Source: a virus. From it: a DNA stretch of 64,000 nucleotides. A program made the translations under genes and the position numbers. The DNA is taken from the IMG/VR virus record IMGVR_UViG_3300037104_000796, positions 1-64,000 of that record; one strand, written 5' to 3'. Position 1 is the stretch's first letter, and each line of letters starts with the position of its first letter. A model generated the notes under the pieces. That model saw only the letters and a list, made by a program, of their open reading frames with translations. It was not told the DNA's origin and did not search any database. This document shows, one piece after another, positions 18,412-29,302 of this stretch.

Positions 18412-21400
18412 ATGATAAGAAGTTACGCAGGAATTTTAAGCATTAGTCGTGCAACAGGTATAAGTAGTATCTGGGCTGGCATTTTTACGTATGTTACGAA
18501 TGCTACAACTTCCTATGTTACGGACTGGATTGGCCAAGCTGTTTCTACTTCTCCAAACGTTCCAAATATCATTGATGGCGAACCCACATTAATCGATCCA
18601 AATACATTCAATGGAAAAACGGCTTTAACAAACTGTATCATTAATGCCGGTGTAGTATATTTAGGAAATAGCATGCTTAATGCTTTTAGAGGATGTACAA
18701 ATTTGGTAAATGTCACAGGAATTCCTTCAAATATTTCTACTTTGGAAGGAGCTTTTGCAGGATGTATTAAAATTGTTACTCAACCAACTCTTCCGCAAGA
18801 TGCAACTACAATGGCTTCAACATTTGCTGGATGCACAAATATAAATGGCGTATCAGTAACACGCGCAACTACAAATTTATACAATACGTTTAGTGGGTGT
18901 ACAAATATCGGTGCAGGCATAACCTTTGTGAATTCCCATATAACAAACATGACTAATTGTTTTAACGGCACATCAGCAGCAAAAACTGTATTTTGTGTTG
19001 AAGGCTCTGCTACATATAATTTAGCAATCGCAACTATCAATGGAATTAACGGTGTAACAGTTGCAACAACTACAAACTGGGCCAACACTTATATTTTTTC
19101 TATAGGAGCTGTTGGAGCAACTGATGCTTCTATATTCGGATGGGTAGGAGCAAATCTTACAACATCACCAACTATTCCGGATTCAATTGAAGGATATCCT
19201 GTAGTTGTAAACGAAACAACCTTTCGAGGTAATGGTGTGGTAACAAACATCAATATTTCTCCAAATGTTGTTTTTGCAAATAATATGTTTAATATGTTTG
19301 CGGGATGCAGCGTTTTAATAGGAGTTAACGCGATTCCTAATACAGTAACAAGTATGGTGAATACGTTTAACGGGTGTTATCAATTGGCAAACCTACCTAC
19401 TATTCCAAATACGGTAAAATCTTTATCAAATACTTTCTATTATTGTTATATTGGCCTCATTAATGCTGCTAATTTTGTTATTCCAAATAGTGTTGTTAAC
19501 ATGGCCAACACATTTTTACAATGTCAAGAATTAGTTAATGCTCCTAACATCCCAAATAGTGTAACTGACATGAGTAACACATTTAAAGGATGCGCTAAAC
19601 TACTTAATGTTCCTACACTTTCCAGCAGTATGACTAACATGGATTACACATTTGCCGATTGTACTAATATCGTTAACGTACCTACTATTCCAAGCACGGT
19701 TACTACTATGAATTATACATTTCAGTCGGCGTCAAATGTCAATTTTGTAGGCATGACTATTCCTGCTGGTGTAAATACTTTGAATGGCACATTTTATGGA
19801 TGTTATCAAATTTTCGGGCCTTCAACAATGCCAACTATTCCAAACACTGTAGGCAATTTAATAAATACGTTTACAGGTTGTGCGAATTTATCAACTGCCC
19901 CCACTATTGCTAATACAGTTACAAATCTTATTTATACATTTACTAGTTGCACTAATCTTATCATCGCACCTGCCATACCAAATAGTGTAGTTAACATTAG
20001 CGGTGAATTTTCCTCATGCACGAATATTATTAATGCTCCTACGATACCTAATAGTGTAACTTCAATGGTGTATACGTTTTATGGTTGTACAAATTTAAAT
20101 TTAGGCACAGTATCTATTCCAAATTCTGTAATTACATTAGAAGGAACTTTTAGACAATGTAGTCAATTGACTACAGCTACTATACCAACTATACCAAATA
20201 GTGTAATAAATTTAGCTTACATAGTTGCGCAATGCCCAAAATTAACAAATATGCCGGTTATTAATAGTCCAGCAGCTAATATAGATGGAATGTTTTACAG
20301 TTGTGGTAATTTAGTTAATACGTCAACAATTCCAAATAGCGTAACAACTATGGTTATTACGTTTTACAGTTGTACTAATCTTGTTAACGCACCTGTTATT
20401 CCAAACAGTGTAATAAATATGCAAGCAACTTTTCAAAGTTGCTACAATATGGCCAATACACCTACAATTCCAAATAGTGTAACTGATCTTTCTAACGGCT
20501 TTAGATCATGCAACAGATTAGTAAATGTTGTAGCACTACCGAATAGCATAATAAATTTAAGTTCTACATTTTTTGGATGTTCTAATCTCGTTAATGCGCC
20601 TGTTATACCAAATAGTGTAATTTATTTGTCTAGCACATTTGGAAGTTGTGCTAAAATTGTTAACGCACCTGCTATTCCAAACAGTGTTATTAATATGAGT
20701 GGTACATTTCAAAGTTGCGTACTTCTTGTTAATGCTCCAAACATACCAAATGGTGTAGCTAATATGTATAGCACTTATTTAGGATGTAGTAATCTTACGA
20801 ACGTACCAAGTATTCCTAATAGTGTAATAAACATAGGATCTTTATTTCAATCATGTTATAATCTTGTTAATGTTCCTACAATTCCAAGCAGTCTTAATAT
20901 TGATTCAATGAATTTAACCTTCTATGGATGTAATAATATTGTTAATGCTGCAGGTTTAGTTATTCCTAATAGTGTATTGAATTTAGTACAAACATTTCAA
21001 GGCTGCAGCAAACTCGTAAATGCTCCTGTTATTCCATCAGGACCGAATTTATTATCTGCAACATTTCAAAGTTGTACGAATCTTGTTAATGCACCAGCAA
21101 TTCCTAACACTGTTATTAATATGTCGACAACATTTTCAAGTTGTACAAATATTAACATAGCTACTGTAAATATTCCTAATAGTGTAACTACCATGCCTGG
21201 TACTTTTACATCATGCACAGGCATTGTTAATGCTGCAGGTTTGACTATTCCGAATAGTGTGGTTAACATGTATCAAACATTTTATCAGTGCTATAATTTG
21301 GTTAATGCTCCTAAACTGCCTTATGGAATTAACAATTTAACTTATACATTTGCGTATTGTTATAACATTAATCTTTCTACAGTAAATATTCCAAATACAG

Positions 21401-23004
21401 TAACTAGTTTAACGAGCACATTTTCACAATGTTACAATGTTACATCGGCCGCTGGATTAACTATTCCTAATAGTGTAGTTAACTTGTATCAGACATTTTA
21501 TAGTTGTAATCACCTTACAGTAGCTCCTACAATTCCGAATAGTGTTACTAATTTGTACGGTACTTTTTATTCCTGTAGTAATCTTGTCAATGCTCCTACG
21601 ATACCTAATAGTGTAACTTCAATGGTGTATACGTTTGCGTCTTGTACAAATATCAAAGCAGCAACGGTAATAATACCTAATAGAGTAACTGATATAAATT
21701 CATGTTTTTATTCTACTAACTTTGCAAATGGATTGGTTATAACTCTTCCAAATAGCATAATAAATATGCTTCAAACATTTCAATCATGCACCAACTTAGT
21801 TAATGCACCTATTATTCCAAATGGTGTAGTGAATATGTATTATTCATTCTCGCAATGTCCTAATCTTTTAACAGCTCCTGTTATACCAAATAGCGTAGTT
21901 AACATGTATGCAACATTTTCTGGAGATTCACTTATTATGACTACACCTAATTTTATTGGCACAAGCGTACGTGACATGACTCAATCATTTAGTATGTGTG
22001 GGTTCGTTAATGCGCCAAATATTCCAGCAAGTGTAGTAAATATGAACTGTACTTTTAACGGATGTTGGAGATTAGTTAATGGACCTTCAAGTATTCCGGC
22101 CAACGTAACTGACATGTCAGGAACGTTTAACGGGTGTTCAAATCTTGTTACAATACCAGCAATTGGAGCTAATGTAACTACTATGGATCAAACTTTTGGA
22201 TATTGTTATAATCTTGTTAATGCTCCTACAATTGGCATAAATGTAACAAATATGTCAAATGCTTTTATGAATTGTAATGGTCTTGTTAATGCAACTACGA
22301 TTCCAAATAAAGTAACGAATCTATATAATGCGTTCTTTGGGTGTACACGCCTTGTAAATGCTCCTACAATAGGTACAGCAGTAACACTTATGTATTACAC
22401 ATTTGGTTCTTGCGCGAATCTAACTACTGCTCCATCTATTCCAAATAGTGTAACGAATCTATATGGGACATTTTCAGCATGTTCTAATCTTGTAAACGCG
22501 CCAAATATCCCTAGCAGTGCTATAGATATGACAGCTATGTTTGCACAGTGTGGTAATCTTGTTAATGGTCCTGCAAATATTGCTACTGGTGTAATTACAA
22601 TGACTACTGCATTTTCACAATGTACTAACCTTGTAAATGCTCCAGCTATTCCTAATAGTGTAGTAAATATGTTTCAAACGTTTTATGGATGTACTAGCCT
22701 TGTAAATGCTCAAGCTATTCCTAATAGCGTAACAAATATAGCATGGGCATTTACTCAATGTTTTAATCTTGTTCACGCGCCAACAATAGGTGCAAACGTA
22801 ACTGATATGTCGTATACATTTTATCAAGCCACGAATGTTACTGGAAATATTACAATTATAAGTCCTAGCGTAAGTAATTTTACAAGCTGTTTTGATGGAA
22901 CTTCAGCACCTAAAACTGTAAGATGTCCGGCCGGTTCTGCTACTTACAATTTAGCCATTAACGTTATTCATAGTTTTAATGGTGTTACAGTAGTGGCTTA
23001 TTAA
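18412..23004 (+). CDS. Giant BspA/DUF285-type leucine-rich-repeat protein, candidate receptor-binding/adhesion protein
   Basis: 1530 aa of 22-23-aa repeats IPNSVxNxxxTFxxCxNLVNAP; two solenoids each ending in a TSAxKTVxCxxGSATYNLAI cap. Confidence 0.8.
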   Translation: MIRSYAGILSISRATGISSIWAGIFTYVTNATTSYVTDWIGQAVSTSPNVPNIIDGEPTLIDPNTFNGKTALTNCIINAGVVYLGNSMLNAFRGCTNLVNVTGIPSNISTLEGAFAGCIKIVTQPTLPQDATTMASTFAGCTNINGVSVTRATTNLYNTFSGCTNIGAGITFVNSHITNMTNCFNGTSAAKTVFCVEGSATYNLAIATINGINGVTVATTTNWANTYIFSIGAVGATDASIFGWVGANLTTSPTIPDSIEGYPVVVNETTFRGNGVVTNINISPNVVFANNMFNMFAGCSVLIGVNAIPNTVTSMVNTFNGCYQLANLPTIPNTVKSLSNTFYYCYIGLINAANFVIPNSVVNMANTFLQCQELVNAPNIPNSVTDMSNTFKGCAKLLNVPTLSSSMTNMDYTFADCTNIVNVPTIPSTVTTMNYTFQSASNVNFVGMTIPAGVNTLNGTFYGCYQIFGPSTMPTIPNTVGNLINTFTGCANLSTAPTIANTVTNLIYTFTSCTNLIIAPAIPNSVVNISGEFSSCTNIINAPTIPNSVTSMVYTFYGCTNLNLGTVSIPNSVITLEGTFRQCSQLTTATIPTIPNSVINLAYIVAQCPKLTNMPVINSPAANIDGMFYSCGNLVNTSTIPNSVTTMVITFYSCTNLVNAPVIPNSVINMQATFQSCYNMANTPTIPNSVTDLSNGFRSCNRLVNVVALPNSIINLSSTFFGCSNLVNAPVIPNSVIYLSSTFGSCAKIVNAPAIPNSVINMSGTFQSCVLLVNAPNIPNGVANMYSTYLGCSNLTNVPSIPNSVINIGSLFQSCYNLVNVPTIPSSLNIDSMNLTFYGCNNIVNAAGLVIPNSVLNLVQTFQGCSKLVNAPVIPSGPNLLSATFQSCTNLVNAPAIPNTVINMSTTFSSCTNINIATVNIPNSVTTMPGTFTSCTGIVNAAGLTIPNSVVNMYQTFYQCYNLVNAPKLPYGINNLTYTFAYCYNINLSTVNIPNTVTSLTSTFSQCYNVTSAAGLTIPNSVVNLYQTFYSCNHLTVAPTIPNSVTNLYGTFYSCSNLVNAPTIPNSVTSMVYTFASCTNIKAATVIIPNRVTDINSCFYSTNFANGLVITLPNSIINMLQTFQSCTNLVNAPIIPNGVVNMYYSFSQCPNLLTAPVIPNSVVNMYATFSGDSLIMTTPNFIGTSVRDMTQSFSMCGFVNAPNIPASVVNMNCTFNGCWRLVNGPSSIPANVTDMSGTFNGCSNLVTIPAIGANVTTMDQTFGYCYNLVNAPTIGINVTNMSNAFMNCNGLVNATTIPNKVTNLYNAFFGCTRLVNAPTIGTAVTLMYYTFGSCANLTTAPSIPNSVTNLYGTFSACSNLVNAPNIPSSAIDMTAMFAQCGNLVNGPANIATGVITMTTAFSQCTNLVNAPAIPNSVVNMFQTFYGCTSLVNAQAIPNSVTNIAWAFTQCFNLVHAPTIGANVTDMSYTFYQATNVTGNITIISPSVSNFTSCFDGTSAPKTVRCPAGSATYNLAINVIHSFNGVTVVAY

Positions 23005-23016
23005 TTTCCGAAACAG

Positions 23017-23045
23017 AAAACTATTCCTTTATTTTGCGATATAAT
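23017..23045 (+). promoter_or_regulatory. Putative phage-sigma promoter AAACT-N14/15-NATATAA
   Basis: Recurs at 23017, 29256, 35959, 36804, 40941 (+) and about 3016, 54150, 56536, 59158 (-). Confidence 0.55.
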
Positions 23046-23067
23046 ACAAAACAATTAATATTTACTT

Positions 23068-24624
23068 ATGATTAGATTTGAAGATTTGCCTCAAGGATGG
23101 TTCCATATAGGTGATATAAAAATGTATAGAAATTTAGTTAGTCAGATTCCTTACGGTGGAAAAATGATTGAACTTGGAACGTGGAAAGGCAGAAGTCTCT
23201 GCGCTGTATCAGATATCATAAAAGAAAGAAATATTAAAGTTTATGGTGTAGATACATTTCAAGGATCAGATGATGAAGGAGATGAACACAAAGAAGCTAA
23301 ATCCTCTGATATCAAACAATTATTCTTAGATAACGTTAAAAAATTTGGCATTGATGTTGAAGTTTATGCCATGACTACAGATGAAGCGGCAGACGAAATA
23401 AATGAAAAATTTGATTTGATATTTATTGATGCTGATCACAGTTTTGAATCAATCACTAAAGATTTAACAAATTGGATTCCAAAATGTAAAAGTGCCGGAA
23501 TTATAGCTGGCCATGATTTCGAATTAGAATCAATAAGAAAAGCCGTTAAAAAAGAATTTCCAGATGTTGATTACACACATGATGTTTCCGATACAGGAAG
23601 AAGCACTATGTGGTGGCACAATTATAAAAACAAAAACAATATGAAAAAGAAAATTGACGTAATTATTCCTGCCTTTAAGGCTCAAAATACAATAGCTCGA
23701 ACTATATCATCTGTAGTTATTCAATCAATAGTCGACGAAATTTCAATAACGATAGTAAATGATGCTGACGGAATTGGATATGCCGATTTTGTTAAACATT
23801 TTAAACCATACGTTGATATCAAAGAAATAACAATGAAAAAGAACGGTGGTCCTGGAGTAGCACGCCAGTATGGAATTGATAACACAACAGCGCCTTATTT
23901 TACTTGTATTGATGCTGATGATACATTTGCTGGTGCCTTTGCGCTTGAAATTTTATATCGATCAATGAAAGCAAATCCTGAATATCACACTATTGTAGGT
24001 ACTTTTGTTGAACAACATGAAAATTTACAATTCATAAGCCATCCAAACGATTTAGTTTGGATGTTTGGCAAACTTTATACAAGAGAATTTATAAACAAAT
24101 ACAATATTCGTTTTAACGAAACACGAGCTAATGAAGATAATGGCTTCAACACCATTATTCGTTTAGTTAGTTCTGAAACAGAAAAAATAATGTTCTTGGC
24201 CGATATAGTTTATTACTGGCATCATAAAGAAGATTCAATCACAAGAATAAATAATGCTCAATATTCATACGATCAAAGTTTTGTAGGGTATGTCGATAAT
24301 ATGATTTATGCAATTCAACAGGCCAAAAAAGTTAAGCCTTTTAATAGCTACATTGATATGTGGGCAATTCAAATGATGGCTCAATTATACATCTATTATT
24401 ACCAAACCTGCAAACGAGATAAAAGATTTATCGATCAAAATTATTCATATTGTGTTAAATATTATAAGGAAATTTTTAAACATTTTCATGAAACTTTAAC
24501 AAAAGATAATTTTGAAGCAATTTTCGGAGAAACATTATCAGGACAAGCTGCAAACATGAAAGATATTGTTCCTGACAAATCCATTTATCAATTTATTGAC
24601 GATTTAAGAAAAGATGTTAAGTAA
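23068..24624 (+). CDS. Class I SAM methyltransferase (Methyltransf_24-like) fused to a family 2 glycosyltransferase
   Basis: IELGTWKGRS, VDTF, LIFIDADH, AGHD; then DVIIPAF, VNDAD, NGGPGVARQ, CIDADD, NED. Confidence 0.85.
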   Translation: MIRFEDLPQGWFHIGDIKMYRNLVSQIPYGGKMIELGTWKGRSLCAVSDIIKERNIKVYGVDTFQGSDDEGDEHKEAKSSDIKQLFLDNVKKFGIDVEVYAMTTDEAADEINEKFDLIFIDADHSFESITKDLTNWIPKCKSAGIIAGHDFELESIRKAVKKEFPDVDYTHDVSDTGRSTMWWHNYKNKNNMKKKIDVIIPAFKAQNTIARTISSVVIQSIVDEISITIVNDADGIGYADFVKHFKPYVDIKEITMKKNGGPGVARQYGIDNTTAPYFTCIDADDTFAGAFALEILYRSMKANPEYHTIVGTFVEQHENLQFISHPNDLVWMFGKLYTREFINKYNIRFNETRANEDNGFNTIIRLVSSETEKIMFLADIVYYWHHKEDSITRINNAQYSYDQSFVGYVDNMIYAIQQAKKVKPFNSYIDMWAIQMMAQLYIYYYQTCKRDKRFIDQNYSYCVKYYKEIFKHFHETLTKDNFEAIFGETLSGQAANMKDIVPDKSIYQFIDDLRKDVK

Positions 24625-24625
24625 T

Positions 24626-24880
24626 ATGTGGACTACGATAAAACAAATAATCAAAGGCTATTATCAATGGTTTAAATTCCAACTCAATAAAGAATATCGA
24701 GAAAAAATGGAAAAAGAAGCAGAACGGCGAATAAAAATTTGTGAATCTTGTGAATTATTCTATAAACCCGCTAGAAATTGTATGATCTGTGGATGTTTTT
24801 GTGATATCAAAACAAAAGGCGATTATGATTATGACGATGAACATATAAGTATTGATGGGTGTCCCGAACGTAAATGGTAA
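24626..24880 (+). CDS. Small Cys-rich (metal-binding) protein
   Basis: RIKICESC...CMICGC...K...CPERKW. Confidence 0.65.
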   Translation: MWTTIKQIIKGYYQWFKFQLNKEYREKMEKEAERRIKICESCELFYKPARNCMICGCFCDIKTKGDYDYDDEHISIDGCPERKW

Positions 24881-25479
24881 TGAACGAAACACGAAAATAT
24901 AATTACGTGTATATCACCACAAATTTAATAACTGGAAAACAATACATAGGAGATCACTCTACCAATAAATTAAATGATGGGTATTTAGGAAGTGGTATAT
25001 ATTTAAAACGTGCAGTTAAAGAATATGGCAAAGAAAATTTTAAAAGAGAAGAATTAGAATTCTTTGATACAAAATTAGATGCTATAAATTCTCAAGAAAA
25101 GTACATTCAACAATTTAATACACTAGTTCCATCCGGGTATAATATAAGTGCTAAAGGTGGATATGGAATTCCAGGTTCATTTTTGAGTGAAGAATCAAAA
25201 AAACGTATTGGAGAGAAAAACAGCAAAAATCTAAAAGGACGAAAACAAACTCCTGAATTTATTGAAAAAAGAGCATGCTCAAATCGAGGGCAATTTCGTT
25301 CTCAAGAAACATGTGATAATATTTCAAATGCATTGCAAGGTCACGGGTTTTCTTCGTTAACAATCGATAAAATTAAAAATACATTAAAAAGTAAAAAGAT
25401 AATATGTGAGCATTGCGGGAAAGAACTTCCATATAGAAATTATTATCAATGGCATGGAGATAAATGTAAATTCAAATAA
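24880..25479 (+). CDS. GIY-YIG (Seg-like) homing endonuclease
   Basis: YVYITTNLITGKQYIG, YLGSG, GYNIS, C-terminal CEHC..WHGDKCK. Confidence 0.85.
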   Translation: MNETRKYNYVYITTNLITGKQYIGDHSTNKLNDGYLGSGIYLKRAVKEYGKENFKREELEFFDTKLDAINSQEKYIQQFNTLVPSGYNISAKGGYGIPGSFLSEESKKRIGEKNSKNLKGRKQTPEFIEKRACSNRGQFRSQETCDNISNALQGHGFSSLTIDKIKNTLKSKKIICEHCGKELPYRNYYQWHGDKCKFK

Positions 25480-25486
25480 AAATGGT

Positions 25487-25510
25487 AGAGGACTTCGGTC
25501 CTCTTTTTTT
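25487..25510 (+). terminator. Rho-independent terminator
   Basis: AGAGGAC-TTCG-GTCCTCT-TTTTTT (UUCG tetraloop). Confidence 0.85.
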
Positions 25511-25535
25511 GTAGATATATAAAATAAAGCATAAT

Positions 25536-27362
25536 ATGGCTGACCTTTGTGGAAATGAACCGATTTTAGGCGCGAATCCTGGGCTAGTTACTCCTAACCC
25601 TGCATTTACTGAATGCGACCCTGGTGGTGCAACAAGTGGTGTAGGCACGGGAAGTTCAAAAGCAGGAACAACTACGGTTAATAATGGAACAGGAGTGCAA
25701 ACACCACCAACAGTATCAAAGGTAAGTGTTGCAAGTAGCGTATTAAACCCAAATAATTTACTTAAAGCACTAGAAGATTATCTCGCAATTAATTCTGCAG
25801 CCAACGCTTTATTCGGATATGATTTTAAATGGTTTAGAGCTGTTCCTCAACAACGTTCCAAAGATGTTATTTTTCAAGAATACACACTATATAATGTAGA
25901 CGAATGTCCTCTTGATATTAAAGCCGTTATTCCGGGAGGCACTATGCCAGATAGCAAATACACATTTGATTTAATGGGTCTTGAATATGAAGTGCCATTC
26001 GAATTACAAATTGATAAAAAATATTGGGAATCAATTGCCGGTTTTGGAACTGCCCCTCAAAAGAAAGACATAGTTTATTGGCCGATGGCGAATAAATTAT
26101 ATCAAGTTGAATCAGCATATCTCTTTAGAGGATTTATGGAACAAGAAACTACTTGGAAATGCAATCTTAGAAAATATATGCCAGAAGCTGCAAGAAGAGA
26201 ACCATCTATGCTTCAAAAAACTATCGATATTTATACAGTTAGTGCTGAAGAAATATTCGGTGCAGCAACTAAAGCCAATGTTGAAAAATTAGTTGATGAT
26301 AAACAAATGAGTCAATTTAATGGAACTTCTCAGGACAAATACAAAAAATATGATTCTGAATTGAAAACTGTTGCGCAATCTTTACAAATTTATGGAACTA
26401 TTGTAGCTCAATCATATTATGATATGCAAACCCCAATATGGTTCAATGCAATAACATATAACGGTTCTGATATAATAAACAAAACTACTGATAGAGCTTT
26501 AATGGCTTGGGTTCAACCTCGTATTCCAATTTCTATTTCAAAGGAATATGACATTAAAAATATATCACCTATAGTAACTTGGCCGGATGTTTCTTCTTTT
26601 GATTCTTCTATTGGAGAATCTGTAGATGCATCTATATTTAGTGGTACTAACTACATTATCACACTTAATTCACCAGCATCACTTTTAGATATTAAAATAG
26701 ATAATAATGTAGTGATATCTCGACCAGGAGCTCTTAATTTTTATGCAAAAATTGCAGCTATAAGTATTAATCCATTAACATATTATTGTGTAATTAATAC
26801 GATGGTTGTTGAAGACCTTAATGAAATTAAATCTGATTGGTTTTCACAAAAAGGATATAAATTACAAGTTAAAGATCCAATTTCTATTATAGATGGGATA
26901 AATGATTTTGGAGATCATGTTATGTCTGTAAATATTTTTGCAAATCAATATATTGCAATCAATTATGGCGATAGATATTTGAATAATGACGCTTATGTAA
27001 TTAAATTAGACGATAAATTAGTTGATGGACAATGGTATGGCATAGTTGTTAACATAGGAAATAGTTGGGGACAATATAACGTTTATGTTTGGGAACCAAG
27101 CTTAACAGATAAAAATGCTAAATTACAAAATATATTCTATGAAACACTTAAGTTATATACTGAAGATATTGGTGTTGCTTCTTATTCAATTAATAAATCT
27201 CCATCATTCTTAACTAACATACGTTTATTTAAGACTACAGTTGAAGAAGAAAGACAATCAAATGAATTGTTATCATACTTCTCACAAGACGGTGATCAGT
27301 TAATAATTGGAGATAACGCAGACACAATTATGAAATTACCTTATGTAACAAAACAACGTTAA
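25536..27362 (+). CDS. Neck/head-completion protein (T4 gp14-like N-terminal domain)
   Basis: APQKKDIVYWPMANKLYQVE...WKCNLRKY resembles the gp14 PxxGDLIYFP..LFEI motif; beta-sandwich-like C-terminal extension. Confidence 0.55.
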   Translation: MADLCGNEPILGANPGLVTPNPAFTECDPGGATSGVGTGSSKAGTTTVNNGTGVQTPPTVSKVSVASSVLNPNNLLKALEDYLAINSAANALFGYDFKWFRAVPQQRSKDVIFQEYTLYNVDECPLDIKAVIPGGTMPDSKYTFDLMGLEYEVPFELQIDKKYWESIAGFGTAPQKKDIVYWPMANKLYQVESAYLFRGFMEQETTWKCNLRKYMPEAARREPSMLQKTIDIYTVSAEEIFGAATKANVEKLVDDKQMSQFNGTSQDKYKKYDSELKTVAQSLQIYGTIVAQSYYDMQTPIWFNAITYNGSDIINKTTDRALMAWVQPRIPISISKEYDIKNISPIVTWPDVSSFDSSIGESVDASIFSGTNYIITLNSPASLLDIKIDNNVVISRPGALNFYAKIAAISINPLTYYCVINTMVVEDLNEIKSDWFSQKGYKLQVKDPISIIDGINDFGDHVMSVNIFANQYIAINYGDRYLNNDAYVIKLDDKLVDGQWYGIVVNIGNSWGQYNVYVWEPSLTDKNAKLQNIFYETLKLYTEDIGVASYSINKSPSFLTNIRLFKTTVEEERQSNELLSYFSQDGDQLIIGDNADTIMKLPYVTKQR

Positions 27363-27363
27363 T

Positions 27364-28569
27364 ATGAATAAAAAAATACTTTGTGAATCTCTCGATGAAT
27401 TTCGTAAATTAAATGAAAATGACGAACCACTTGCGCTTGCTATTTTAGGTGCACCTGCTGGGGGAAAATCATTTCAAACCAAAAACATCAAACAATTTGT
27501 AAAAGATAATCGAATTTCTGATACATTAGATAAAGGTGTTGCGCTTACAATTGATAAATTGAGAAGTGAATTTCAAAGCAAAAATCCTCTTCAACAATTA
27601 GTCGGTTTTGTAAGAGCATTTTATTATTTACGAAAAAGATCTTTAGAAGATAATGTTGAATATGGAAAATGGTTTGAAGATATTTCAGCGTTATGGAAAG
27701 ATAAAATTACCAAATTAGCGCCTGCTCTTAAAATAACTATTGATAAGTATCACATTTATTTTGATGGTGCACCAGCTTGGAAAAACTTAAAAGCTCTAAG
27801 AAATACAGGTTATTCACCAGAAAAACTTATTAAAGAACTTGATAAATATAGTGATTATAAAAGAGTAGTACGATATTTTCAAAATATACAACAAACAAAG
27901 GCAATTAAGAAATTGTTAAATATTTCTTATGATGAATCAGGAGATGAACCTAAAAAAATCATTAATACTATGCGTCAATTGCATAAAAAAGGGTATGTAA
28001 CTGATGTATTTTTAATTCATCCTGAAAACGTTGCATCGAATCTTATTCAAAATTATTATCGTGTTGTAACAGGTCGTGATGAAGGAAGAGATTCAAGTGA
28101 AGCGATTGTAGATGCATATAATCAAATTGAAAAGAATAAAGATTTGTACAGCACAAACGCAGAAGATGATTTACAAACAACTTCAAAAGATTTGCAAAAA
28201 GAAAATCCTAAAATATCAGATACAGTAGAAAAAGCTAATGTTGAAGATGATCCTCGAAGAGGAGATAAACCTATTGATGTATTTACAGAAGTAGAGACAA
28301 TGAAGCCTATCGAAGCATACAATTTCTTTAACAAAAAATTAAATAAAGAGCAACAAATTATATTCCGTGCATTACTAAAATATTGTATAGTGGGAATAAA
28401 AGATTTACCTGAAAATGCAAAAAGTGTATTAAGTCAAATTACAAAAAGTATAAATAATAAACAAGCACTCAATATTTTAAAGAAAACTGCCGATAGTGGT
28501 AAGTACGCTTTTCAATGGGGAGGCATAACACAGAAGCTTGTAAAGAAAGCAGAAACAGTATTAAAATAA
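27364..28569 (+). CDS. Zeta-toxin-like P-loop kinase with putative capsid-targeting leader
   Basis: ILGAPAGGKS Walker A; SYDESGD...LHKKGYVTDVFLI...R...GR; N-terminal KILCESLDE..LNE. Confidence 0.55.
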   Translation: MNKKILCESLDEFRKLNENDEPLALAILGAPAGGKSFQTKNIKQFVKDNRISDTLDKGVALTIDKLRSEFQSKNPLQQLVGFVRAFYYLRKRSLEDNVEYGKWFEDISALWKDKITKLAPALKITIDKYHIYFDGAPAWKNLKALRNTGYSPEKLIKELDKYSDYKRVVRYFQNIQQTKAIKKLLNISYDESGDEPKKIINTMRQLHKKGYVTDVFLIHPENVASNLIQNYYRVVTGRDEGRDSSEAIVDAYNQIEKNKDLYSTNAEDDLQTTSKDLQKENPKISDTVEKANVEDDPRRGDKPIDVFTEVETMKPIEAYNFFNKKLNKEQQIIFRALLKYCIVGIKDLPENAKSVLSQITKSINNKQALNILKKTADSGKYAFQWGGITQKLVKKAETVLK

Positions 28570-28575
28570 AATTAT

Positions 28576-29253
28576 ATGAAACTAAAAGAAGAGAGGGTTG
28601 AATTATCAAAAATGTTAGATACTTCACCTAAAGAAATAAATAAAAATGTTCCCGAATCCGAAGCAAGCATTCCCGGCTTAAAAGCAGAACCAGTCACCGA
28701 TGTTAATTTTGATGAATTAAAATTAAAATGTGAAGTTGACGCTCGTATAATGATAACAAATGCAATCGCATTTATTCTACCTTTAGACATGATTGAAAAC
28801 AATGAATATCTCAAGAATAAACTTGAGGTTGATGTTATCTCATTAGCGAGTATGATATATCAATTACGTACTAATGAAGTTATGCAAAAAGCATTAATCG
28901 ATCAGGTAAATTTAGGAATGGTAAATGCAATGATGTTTAGAGTGTTTGCCGAAATGTCAAAAACTATCGGAGAGCTTAATAAACAACTTATTCAAACAGT
29001 TGAAGCTATAAAAGAAACATATAAAACATTCCGTGAGGATGTTAAAGAAAAAAGAACTGAAGCTTTAGGACCATCAACACAAGGACCAACAGGAATGTTA
29101 ACAGCCCATGATGGTAGTGTTGTTACTCGTGGTACTAAAGAACTTATAAATAATGTCAAACGAATTAAACGAGAAAATGGAATTGCAAATGAATTTATTG
29201 ACGAAGCTGAATTAATTCCAGACATTCCAATAAAACCAATCGAACAAAAATAA
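28576..29253 (+). CDS. Probable terminase small subunit
   Basis: Helical 225-aa protein directly upstream of the HEG and large terminase. Confidence 0.5.
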   Translation: MKLKEERVELSKMLDTSPKEINKNVPESEASIPGLKAEPVTDVNFDELKLKCEVDARIMITNAIAFILPLDMIENNEYLKNKLEVDVISLASMIYQLRTNEVMQKALIDQVNLGMVNAMMFRVFAEMSKTIGELNKQLIQTVEAIKETYKTFREDVKEKRTEALGPSTQGPTGMLTAHDGSVVTRGTKELINNVKRIKRENGIANEFIDEAELIPDIPIKPIEQK

Positions 29254-29302
29254 TCAAAACTTTGTTATATTTATTACATATAATTATATAAATGAAATAA
29301 TT

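Noticed and set aside
15157-23004. Repeat arrays as CRISPR or as a diversity-generating retroelement
   Set aside because: Repeats are in-frame and vary at synonymous positions with no unique spacers; no reverse transcriptase or adenine-specific TR/VR pair was seen.
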